From Lenisia limosa (Eukaryota; Protista; Breviatea), in the NCBI GenBank assembly GCA_001655205.1, contig LPNZ01008087.1, forward strand, positions 1 through 33,787: a stretch of 33,787 bases of DNA. Reading direction: 5' to 3'. The position numbers and the translations under genes were made by a program. The stretch's first letter is position 1, and each line of letters starts with the position of its first letter. Shown here piece after piece: positions 1 to 10,918 of the stretch. The notes beneath the pieces are model-generated. The model did not search any database and had not been told where the DNA came from. It saw only the letters and a program-made list of their open reading frames with translations.

Positions 1-349
1 GGGGTTTCAAAAAATATTTTCGCGTAAAGGAAACTGGGTGACCCCGGCCGGGTTCAATTCTGATCAAAAGATCTTTTTTTTCGATTTTTTATCTCCTCAT
101 TTTTTTTCTTCTTTTTGCTCAAAATTTCTTTGTNNNNNNNNNNNNNNNNNNNNNNNNNNNNNNNNNNNNNNNNNNNNNNNNNNNNNNNNNNNNNNNNNNN
201 NNNNNNNNNNNNNNNNNNNNNNNNNNNNNNNNNNNNNNNNNNNNNNNNNNNNNNNNNNNNNNNNNTATAAATATATATACTACTACATTGACATATATAT
301 CATATATCATATATGATATTTATGATATAGTATGATATATAAAATATAC

Positions 350-425
350 TGACCGACAGGGATAAGTCTTGACCGATTTGCTCAATGATTTTTCAAGGAA
401 AATAAGTCAAGACTTATCCCGGTCA
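350..425. repeat. Intronic hairpin element, copy 1
   Basis: Perfect 15-bp inverted repeat GGGATAAGTCTTGAC (359-373) / GTCAAGACTTATCCC (406-420), 19/21 when extended. Outer TGACC (350-354) pairs with GGTCA (421-425). It lies in AT-rich sequence upstream of the first visible Smr-gene exon. Confidence 0.9.
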
Positions 426-438
426 CTCTCTATAATTA

Positions 439-458
439 CATGTATATCGATATACATG
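439..458. repeat. Perfect 20-bp palindrome CATGTATATCGATATACATG
   Basis: Identical to its own reverse complement. Its 12-nt core TATATCGATATA recurs at 30017-30028. Confidence 0.9.
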
Positions 459-586
459 ATATCATATGGGTATTATGTGGGTGTGTTTTACCTGGAACCT
501 TTTGCTTCCTATTCATAAATAATACTTATCATATACTATATAGTATATGATAATTGAGTCTTTCTTCCAATTCTTTATCCTCGAAG

Positions 587-3563
587 AGCCCAACAAACGT
601 CGTCAAGATGTGGAGAAGATCCGGGAGGTTATCCCAGGTCTCACATTTGCTGAGGCCGAAGGGACTCTGCGAATTCATCGTGGAGTTGTGGAGCATGCCA
701 TTGAGGCTTTGATCTCTGAAATCGAAGGTGACCAGTCTCTCGCTGCTGGTCGCCAAGAGTCTGAGAAAGTTGCTGAAAAGGTGGTTGGATGATCGACTAT
801 TATAGTTGTGGAAAAAGGTGGCAGCATTGAAATGTGGGGGGGGGGGGGTNNNNNNNNNNNNNNNNNNNNNNNNNNNNNNNNNNNNNNNNNNNNNNNNNNN
901 NNNNNNNNNNNNNNNNNNNNNNNNNNNNNNNNNNNNCCACATGGTAATATGATAACTCACAGCCAATCGTTTGGTAATTGACCGACAGGTCTCAAATACT
1001 CTGATACACTCGGGATGAGCCCTTATGCTATCTCCAATCTCAAAATTTATTTCCTGAGATTTTCTATCAGATCTAAGAAATGAACAGCTTCAATTAATAA
1101 CAGTTCAGATCTACCATAAAGACTCAATTGAAGTGCAGCAACTTCTTCCAGCTTTTACCTCTGTTTCCTCAGAGGAGATGGCCGTTTTATTTACTGCACA
1201 TTCAGGAGACATGGAGTGTGTCATTGCTGCATTGGTATGGTCAATTTTTATTTTTGGGATGCCTTACTCCTGCAGCAAGAAGAAATGATGCGTCTTGAGG
1301 GAACTGTGGAACCATCAAGCCAGTATGTATCTGTTATGACTTCTTGACGGTGTCTCCTATGTGTTATTTCCTAGATCGGTATTTGAACCAAATCTCTCTG
1401 AAGGCCTTTCTCCTTCAGATGCTCTGGCGGTAGGCTCGTTCATCAGATTAAATAGATAGTTGTATTAAAGTGTTTCTGATATCATTTGCCTTACCAACAT
1501 TTCAATAATATCTCTCCAGTACTTGGTTGAATTATTCCCTGATGAGAACATTGACACTATTACAAACATCCTCAAAATGACCAATTATGATGTTGAGAAC
1601 ACTATTGAAGCCATTTGTAAGCAGGTTTCTTTCTTCTTTATACAGTGGCTTACTTGCTGACATAGATGTGCATTTGAGATAATTACCCCTGATTCAAATA
1701 GCAAGTCTTATGGACGATGGCCCTCATATTTTTGATCCCATTGAACAAACTCGAAACGAAGAGCAACTTAACAACCTTTGCGCAATGTTCCCTTCAGTGC
1801 CCAAACCGCATATCAGAGTGAGGCGAGTGTTTGATGTGATTTGAACCTTCAACTTCAACTTTGGTGATAACCATTTCAGCTTGTTCTTACAGAGTGTAAT
1901 TGGGACATCAACAAGGCGTCAGCAGCACTTTTGGCCAAAGAAGACTCTGTTCAGGTTCAAACAGACTCACGATATGCAAAACAACTTGAAGAGGTTGGTG
2001 ATTTCTCACGTTCAACCACTTTGCCTCAATCCTGACCAGATTACAATTCCTCACATGGTAGATCGGCCTTCTTTCAAAGCAGTACCCCGAAGTTCCAGAG
2101 GGAACCCTTACTGACCTTTATTATGATTCCGCTGGGGACCTGAATTGTGAGGGTTTTGTTTTGCTTTCCATAGTATTTGACTTTTGTTAACTTGCTCTAC
2201 TTCAAGCTGCAGCGTTTCACCATTTAGTGATCACCAAGCGTATTGAAGCTAACTACGTGGATCAACCTTCGAAGAGGAAAGCCCGACAACGTGGGTTCCA
2301 TTTTCCCACGTAATGCAGAAATTTATAAATTAGGTTCCTTCTGACCTTAATTAATTTATCATTATGCCCAATAAGCTCTCACATTTCTGATCCTATTGCA
2401 GTCAGTATTCCCATTGGGAAAGGCTACGTCTCGCAACCCGAACCCATTCGCCAACAGAGTCGGCTCTGGAGATACTGTTATTCAACCTCGTGTCTCACTT
2501 TAGTTTCATGGTATTATCCAGTTTTTTTTTTCTAGATTGTCTTTTTACTTTCCTCTTTAGAATCCGAAGGACTTGAAATGGAGAAGCAATTTGGACTTGA
2601 TGGACTTGATGTTAACTGCTACAGTAACTGCCCTGCTACTGCAAGTATGCTTTTTATAACCTGAAGATAAATTCATTTAAAAACAATTCTTCAGCTTTGC
2701 GATTGGTTTTGAACTTACTTTTAAGAACTCAATGCGACTGAGCTTTGGCTGAGAGCCAAACAGCACGCCTTAGTGAGCAAGCTGCATCATCATACTTTCA
2801 GTATTGCGATTCCTAACCATTCTAGCTGGTGAAAACCTTCAACAAGGAAAGTATTCGCTACTACCATTCAAGAAACAAGCAACGCTCCGAAGAATTCTCT
2901 AACCTCTCCAAGCACCATTACAGCTTACAACGAAACGCGATTAGCAAAGCTCAACTTAGCTCTTTCTATAACAAGTGCGATTGTTCGTCATACATCTTTG
3001 CTTTATAGTTTTTGAGCATGTTTTTCTTTTGCCTACGAATTACCATGTTCACACTAATCTCACGCAGTAACGAGGTCATGGATTCCATTGACCTTCATGG
3101 ACTCACGGTGGAAGTGGCTCTTATCGTTGTTAGGAACATTCTCGAGCAATCTGCTCTGAAAGACCGTAAGAGGGGGGATAAGGTACATTTCTTTATTTAT
3201 TTCCTTTCCTCACCGATTAGTCACCAATATTCTGTTTATCACGGGAAGAGGGAACCACTCCCACCAAGGCAAAGCCAAAATCAGACCTGCAGTGATAGAC
3301 TATCTTCGTGAGCTGTGTTGGCAACGTGATTCTCATATCCTTTTAAATGAGATAAGGGTTGAAATTGATGAGTTACCAATTTAGGTGAAATACCTGACAT
3401 TTGTGTGACAGTTCAAAATGCTGGTGGAGCATTGGCTGTGACATTATCTCCACAGTGGGGGGGGGGAGACTTTGTTTTAATGATAATTCAAAGTAAAGGA
3501 TCGGATGCAGAACTCATGAACTTAGGTTCCGACGGTTTATCAAAGCCCAGTTTAAGAAGTTGA
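587..3563 (+). CDS. Multi-CUE/UBA + DUF1771 + Smr-domain protein (Cue2/N4BP2/NONU-1-like endonuclease); spliced, 5'-partial
   Basis: Hand-spliced exons give about 5 CUE/UBA-like repeats, e.g. VEKIREVIPGLTFAEAEGTLRIHRGVVEHAIEAL, VQQLLPAFTSVSSEEMAVLFTAHSGDMECVIAAL, YLVELFPDENIDTITNILKMTNYDVENTIEAI, LNNLCAMFPSVPKPHIRLVLTECNWDINKASAALL and IGLLSKQYPEVPEGTLTDLYYDSAGDL. These are followed by LWLRAKQHALLVKTFNKESIRYY (DUF1771-like) and the Smr signature IDLHGLTVEVALIVV...ILFITGRGNHSHQGKAKIRPAVIDYL. Stop TGA at 3561-3563. The start lies upstream or in a gap, and the exon path near 2260-2520 is ambiguous. Confidence 0.85.
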
Positions 3564-4258
3564 AACGTTAGATTAGGAAGCATGCTTTAGAGAAGCACTT
3601 GCCGCGTGTTTGTTTCTGAAGGCGTAGTGTAATGCAGTTTGGCAGTGGTAGAACAAAATATATGAGAATATACTGCCTACTGCAAGAATGTGGACCTTTC
3701 AGAGATGGTGAGCTAGAACTACTTTAAAGATGGTTCGATGGTTCAGTCCTTGTTTATTGCAAAATCAAATAAGGACTTAACCACCTTAAGCGGATATCCT
3801 GTACTGCATTTGTGCCAGTGCAAAAATTCATGTTTTGCTCTTCCGTCCCAAGATGTATTCTTGTATTCTAGCGTATAAATACCAACTCTACCTCGGTTCC
3901 ACCTGTCAATACTCAGCAACACTTGCAAATATGCAAATATAAAGAAGAAGAGAAGAAGATCAGGTCACATGCACATCAGCGAAATGGAAATGATATGATG
4001 ATATGATTGTCTAATAATTGTGATATTTGGGTGAACGCTTTTTCAGTCATCGGAAACGGAAAGTCCAGTTCAGTTTTTAACGGGTGAAAACATATATTCA
4101 ATATTTTGTATATTAGTGTATTAGAGTAGTATAGTGGTATTAACAACGAAAAAAGGAAAAAAGGAAGAATTGAAGGAAGAAAACGAGGAAACGAGTCACT
4201 AAAGACACTGGCCAAGGAACTTGTCGTCCTCTTTGCGGAGTAACCGCCCGTTGTTAAG

Positions 4259-7200
4259 ATGGTAAGCTAAGCATTTCATTATTGCCTCTTTTACTTTTCA
4301 GCGGCAAATAGTACGTTGGGACGACCTTCCTCTTCCTTCCCTCAATGGAGAAAGGAACCTTGTCATATTCCCCGTTACTTCCTTTTCCTGATATTTTAGG
4401 CGCTAAATCCCGCTGGCTGCCAGCCTTGGTATACCCATGTTGTTGGCGCTGGTGGTGATAGGTTTGTTTTTTCTTCTTTTACTACTTACTTCACCGTTAG
4501 GTTTGCATATTGCTCAACCCTTGCCATCTATGTCTTTTTACTTGATAAAACAACAAACACCTTTTTCCTTGAGAAGATTCTGTCAGGGCACACTAAAACA
4601 ATTACTTCCATTTCCTGGTAGGAAGGGTGGTGTGTCTTAAGAAACGGTTGTTGTGTTGCGATTTTGACAGCAAAGGTGCCCGTCGGACTCAAACTACCTT
4701 GCCTCTATTTCGCTTGACAAAAGCCTCATCATCTGGAGCATCAAAACAGCCGTAAGTCATATTTCAAATCACGGAGTAATCTTTGGAAACCACTACCAAC
4801 CACCACAGACTGAAGTTCGTCGAATTGAGCTCAATGATACCCCCCTCTTTGTTGATTGGTGTCCTCGAAATCAGTCACAGTTGGCTATTGCCTTTGATAA
4901 AGGTTGGTTATTATTTGTTTTTAGCAGTAATTCCACATTTATTCATGATGAATGTAACATTTCAAGATGGAGTTCGCGTAGTGGACCATGAGGCCAACAG
5001 TTCAACGCAGGTGCTTTCGTTAAGGGCTGACGTCTCTTGTTCTGTCGTTCGGTGGTCCGAAAAGGAGGTCTGTTTTTGTAATCAGGTAAAATTTATAGAT
5101 AATACATCACCTAAACTTTGTTAAATATCCTCATCATATACAGTATATGATACAGCTAGTTGTTTTTTCGATTATAACTTTGCCTCCTTGCCTCCTTGCC
5201 TCCTAACCTTGTAGGCTGGCATTCTTCTTGCGGGGACAGGGAACGGGACTATTCAGGTGCGTTATGGACCTTGTTTGTGGACAATTTTGCGAAATATTAT
5301 ATCCAGATAGATAATATTGTGTAACTTATTGATGGGTGTGAATACTTGGTGAAATGTGTAGCTTGTGGATTTGAACGGCAGCAAACCTCGTCGTGTTGTG
5401 AAGGGAGATGGCCAAGCCGTGCGGGACATTCGCTGGGACCCGTTGAGTGACGCTTACTTCCTCGCTGCATTCAGTGATGGTGCGTGTTAACTGATACCTT
5501 TTGACCCTAACAATGCAGGAAGCTTGGCCTTGTATGATAAGGAATCCGGTGACGCTGTGACCAAGTTCGACAAACAAGCAGGAGGTGAGAGTGGTTCCGT
5601 CGTTTCTTGGTGACACCAGCAGGAGTAAGAACGCTGTGTTTTGAGCCTGGAGTTCCTGGAGGATTTGTGACAACTGATGCCAGATCTGGAGTGGTCAGAT
5701 TCTGGAACGTATCTCAAAAGTATGTCTTCAAGAACATCCCCAGTTCTCTCTCTTTTTTGTATTAACTTTCTAGGAACCCTACCAACTTCGTAAAACTCAA
5801 AAAGATTGGACTGCAGAATCTAGCTTTTGTCAATGGACAACGTCGTGCACTCACTACTTTCAAGGACGGAAGTGTTGGGCTCTATAACTTTGACACAAGT
5901 CGATGGGAGTACCAAAGTGAACTTGGCCACACGGAAACCGTTTTCGACTGCAAATTCAAACCGGTAGGTTTGTGTGCTTTTCAGTATGTATTTGTATTAT
6001 TGACCTTCTTAAATCAACCAAAGTGAAAGATGTTATTTCACTCTTTCAGAATAACAGCAACATTCTTGCCACAGCCTCTTTTGATGGCAGTATCAAACTC
6101 TGGGATCTCAACGAAATGAAGGCCAGTTTGACACTCCAAGTATGAACCAATATCGATTTCAAGGCGTATAGCGTCGGACTGTTTTTAAACAGAAGTGCGA
6201 ACAATATACTGTATCATATTATCTATACAGTGACCGGGATAAGTCTTGACCGATTTTCCATATGATTTCCCAAGGAAAATCGGTCAAGACTTATCACGTC
6301 GGTGTATGTACATATGAAATCTATAATGATATTATAGCATAGCATATACAGTCATGTATAATAGAGCTATTTCATAAAATATTTACTATTATGATGATAT
6401 GTATTCCTAATATTCAAGACGTCTTTACAGTGTATATGTATACACCCAGATAATGCTGCCAAAAGTTGAACACTCAACAAAAATAGGGACAAGACGGAAT
6501 TGTGTACTGTGTATCATGGGCTCCTGGAAACGATGATCGCCTTTGCAGTGCTACTTACACTGGAAGGTATGAACGAGTCCAGTATGTACAGGTATTCACT
6601 GAGCAGAGTTCTCATTTGGGACGCAGTCAAGGGACAGCTTCTAAACCGTCTTGCTCCACACAAGGTAATAGCCCGTCTGCCTCCTCTTATACTGTAGGAA
6701 GTGGTATATCGTTGTGCTTGGAACAAGAAAGACGTCTCTGTCCTGGCAACGACATCCAAAGATGGCACTTGTGCCATTATCAACACCACTGACCTTCGCC
6801 TTATTAAGCGCTTCCGCCACCCCAGGGCCGCATACGGTGTCGACTGGTGTCCCGATGACCCTGTTTGTGGCTATCAAATAATCAATGAATAACCCCTTCT
6901 TTTTTGCTTTTGGGGCAACAGATTTCAATGTGCTCGTTTTGCTGTTCCATCAGTCATTCTGTGACACTACCAGCAAAAGCTTGCAACGGGTTGCCATGAT
7001 GGCAAAGTGCGCGTTTGGACACTAGGGCTTGACAAACCTGTTATTGTAGGCGGTGCTGTGCCTTCCTCTCTTTGTTGAGTTATTGACATGCATAGGAGCT
7101 AGTTGGGCATAAGTCTCGTGTTTTCAACGTGGCTTGGAGCCCACTGATTCCAGATACTCTTCTTTCAGGCGCGGATGATCATACGGCCATTGTCTGGTGA

Positions 7201-10200
7201 GTGGAACTGCTAGAAGTGACTGGTTAACCCCCAGGAACACACGCACTGGGGCTCACAAGGTGTTGAAGGGGCATCGAAGCAATGTACGCGGCCTGCTTTG
7301 GTCCTCCGAAGTGCCTTGGCTCTGCTACACTGGTTCTTGGGACGGTATGTCTGATTGCTGCATGTAACCACGCAGGAACCATCCGAACTTGGGACACCCG
7401 TTCTGGGGAGTGTCTTGAAGCGGTGGCAGACCATCAGGTTTGCGCCACCCTAGCTGTGTTTAACCCTTATTTTATCAACAATTTCTTGTTTTGTTGGTAG
7501 ACCTTTTCTTAACTTCTCATTTTGTAATATAACTGTATAGGTTGATGTTTATGGCTTGGCATTGCACCCTGACAGGCCGTTTTTGATTGCCTCAACATCA
7601 CGTGGGTTCTATTAGCATGTTCCCGTCTTACCCCCAGGTGATACCACCATCCGTCTGTGGGACGACATTCGTCACTCCAAACCTCTCAGAGTATGCTACC
7701 ATCCCGTTGTGTGTCACTTTTTAGACTCGCCTTCTTGCTGGAGAAAACCCTTCAAATATGTCAGGATCGCATTCAGCAAGGTTGGCTAGTCAGGTTGGCT
7801 TTTTGACCGCATAGCTCGGATAGTATCGACCTCTTGTGCTCAGGCAGAATTATGAATGATTTGGCCAATGTTTGGGACGGCAGTTTGAATGTAAGAGGTT
7901 TATTTCTTATGAAATGTTAGGATCGAATTGGGCAAGTCATGCAGAAGCTGTACTTCAGGACGGGTTTTGATAACCTCTGGGCCTTGGCTATTGGAAATGT
8001 TCAACCCGAGGTTTGAACTAGCCCTACCTGCTGTGACTCTGTAGCATCAAATCAAGAAAATTGACACACTTCTGGAAAGCGAAGAGAAGAGGTACGATTG
8101 AATTGTCTGTGATCCTTCAGACTGGATGCATTGGAGGCTTCAGTGCGCACCCGTTTTGGCGCTGGTGTTGGCGGTACCAAGAAGGAAGATGTTCTGCGGG
8201 AAGTCGCCGCAGAGAGGTACGTCACTCCACACTCTTCGAAGACAATAATTCCTTTAGGCTTCGGATGGGTGACTTTAAGAAGTACTGTGACCTCAGTGTT
8301 CAAGTTGTAAGCCGAGCGGTGTTGTGTTTCAGCTTATGGATTGGCGAAACTCACTAAGCAGGGAGACTGGGAGAAGGCGATTGCGGTTGCACCGGCAGTG
8401 TCACTGTCCTATTGGAAGTACATGTGTGGTCGATACGCAGCGCACTTGGGTGCAACGCCTTACGGTCGCGCCATCCAGCTTGCGTCAGGAGAAACGGCGG
8501 AGGTGGTCCATAATCTGTGTGAAGATGGACACTGCTCAGAGGCTCTGTTGCCCGCGGTTGCTACTCTGAACGGTCGATTTGTGTCTGCTCTGGATGGTGC
8601 GTGTTCTTTCATTATTCTGACTTCCAGGAGAGAAAGAAGAACCCAAGCTCAAGACTGGTGCCGAATTGGAATACTCAACTTGGTAAGTGATGGTTGGCGT
8701 CTCATTGAATTAGTGTTAAATGGGCCTCGCATCTGGTGCACCTGTGTGACCCCGTTCGAGCGGCAAGTGTCCTTCTTGCTCGTGGCGACAATGAAGGCTG
8801 CCTTGCTGCCCTCTCTGCAGGGGCTGAAATTGACTTGGCGTTCGCACTGTCGACCATCCTTGACGTATGCGGTCGTTTGATTGTCACTCTGTAGTCACCT
8901 CGTGGACGGCATTTGGCTCTTCAACAGGCGTGGAGAATGAGCGCTCTTGGGAGATGGAAGGAAGCCATCAACATCATTCGTATGCTTCTTGTTAAACTCT
9001 TATTTTCAAGGGAACAACAACGGTGAACCACTTGACTTTGCTCACCTTCTTCTGATCTTCACTGGGACCAAGGAAGAAAAGGCTGCACTTATGAACCAAG
9101 TTTGATCCCCTTCATTGAAAGGTTCATTTTTAGGCCTGTTTACCTCCAATGGATCGATGCGCTTTTGTTGCAAAGGATCTTCTTCACTCGGATCCCAGAC
9201 AGATTGCTTATGCGGTTTGCAAGCGTTGTGTACCTGTGATTCTTACTGCTGTCCTTTTCACTTATTAGATTGCCCTTCTTACCCTTGGTGATGATCCGAC
9301 GGCTGTGGATAAGGCTGTGGAGTTTGTTAAGGTTTGTGTCTGGTCACCAATTACTTACTTTGTGATTAGGAGAAGTTGTCATCTGATGCCTTCGAAATGA
9401 CCTCGATCAAAACCGTTCTTGATGGAGTTTGCTCAGCTGGAGGTAAGAACTAGACATTGAAGCGTTGACCCCTCAGACATCCTCCGCAACCACCCCAAGC
9501 GTGAAGAGTTCAACGCCTTGTCCGCAGTGACTGCCGCAATTCTTGCCGTTGAAAAGGGCTTTGTCCCGATCATTGAGCGTGCCACCCTGAAGGGTTTGTT
9601 GTTATGAAAGAGGCTAACAGTGCAGCAATTGAACTTCTCGGTACTACAAAGTTGTCCGTTAGCCCGGCCTTTGTTGCCCTCAATGCGGTTGGTCTTGGAA
9701 AGTCCAGAGGTGACACTTCAGGCACAATACTTCAGTCTTCTCGGCGACCGTCCTTCAGCATCCCTCTTCGCTGCTCAAGCGGTGGCGCTTTCTTCAGGAA
9801 CTCAGTCTGATTCTTTGCCTGTTTTGACAACACTAGGTTCGAAGAGCCTTCAAAGTACCTCCTTGACCATCTCGGCAAGAACGATATTACCGGACCTCAC
9901 AGAACGAACAACACTGTTTGATCTTTTATCCGTTAACTCTTTCAGATCATCGCCGCCGGAGCGTCATTACCCTCTTCTCTGCCTCTGTCGAACCGCTTCA
10001 CTTCGGCCTTCACTTCGCTGCCAATTCAGGTGGGCAATCTTGCATTTCTGTACAGGAAGTCTTGAGGAAAACATGTTGCCTATCCCAACCTCTACAGGGC
10101 CCAACGCATATGTACGGCACCAACATGTATGCCAGTGTTGGTGAGGCTCTGATGTGGCATCAGTGTTGTAGCTTATCCCCCGCCTTCGACTGCTCTCCTG

Positions 10201-10217
10201 CTAACCCCTTCTCCTAA
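4259..10217 (+). CDS. WDR17: WD repeat-containing protein 17 homolog (about 40 introns)
   Basis: The spliced N-terminus MRQIALNPAGCQPWYTHVVGAGGDRFAYCSTLAIYVFLLDK...LSGHTKTITSISWCP matches the WDR17 start (AGCQPW...GDRFAYCATLAIY). It has multiple WD repeats (GHTETVFDCKFKP, ELVGHKSRVFNVAWSP), the segment GDWEKAIAVAPAVSLSYWK, and a C-terminus GASLPS...IQGP...EALMW...ANPFS* like the WDR17 end. Confidence 0.93.
6231..6304. repeat. Intronic hairpin element, copy 2 (in the 347-nt WDR17 intron 6140-6486)
   Basis: Perfect 22-bp stem GATAAGTCTTGACCGATTTTCC (6238-6259) / GGAAAATCGGTCAAGACTTATC (6274-6295) with a 14-nt loop. Homologous to 350-425. Confidence 0.92.
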
Positions 10218-10918
10218 ACCCTTTCTTTATCATTTAACCTTTTTGTTTCTAAATGCATGTTCTTATATTTTTGTCCAAAGCATTGAGGCTCGTATGTTCC
10301 AAGCACCAAAAGATGACCAAGATTTCAGGATTTCAATTAGAGTCATGTTTTCTCAACTTTTTTTCCAGTAACTTTCCAGCTTTCCCAAGCATTTTGCAAG
10401 TTCCAACAACTTTCCAACCAATTAGTCAATATTAGTCTCAACATTTAGTAGTTATTTTGGATGGTTCAAGGGTTTGGGGTGGCGTCAATATTTATCATTC
10501 CTTCCCCGAGCAGGGTCCTTCCAAATTCAAAGACTTTTGGACTGGACCCACGGTTGGACCTGGGAAATCATTCCCGTAACATGAAACAATCCATGATCCC
10601 ATGATCATGAAAACTAGCAACAAAACAAGAAAGAATTCCAGAATTCCCTGTTCGCTGGCGGGTCTAACTCCGATTTTTCTAGGAGGACCCGGCGGCGGAT
10701 CGGAAAAGAAAGATAAAGTGGAAAAAGGAAAAAGCACCGAAAGCACAGAAAGAGATTATCACAAGATTATATATATAATTATTGATTATAAGATTATAAA
10801 ATTAAATAATAATATATCCTATAAACCTCTGGGCCGTGATATCTCTTGGTTTATCTGGTCTTTTTTGTGAAACGGCTTTCCCTTGCTTTCGGCGTTTAAA
10901 CTTTTTAAATACATTAAA

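Noticed and set aside
30-65. tRNA T-loop/B-box-like GGTTCAATTC
   Set aside because: No cloverleaf, acceptor stem or A-box around it.
10495-10870. Overlapping ORFs 10495-10746 (-) and 10601-10870 (+)
   Set aside because: They are low-complexity translations of repeat-textured DNA with no splice or homology support.
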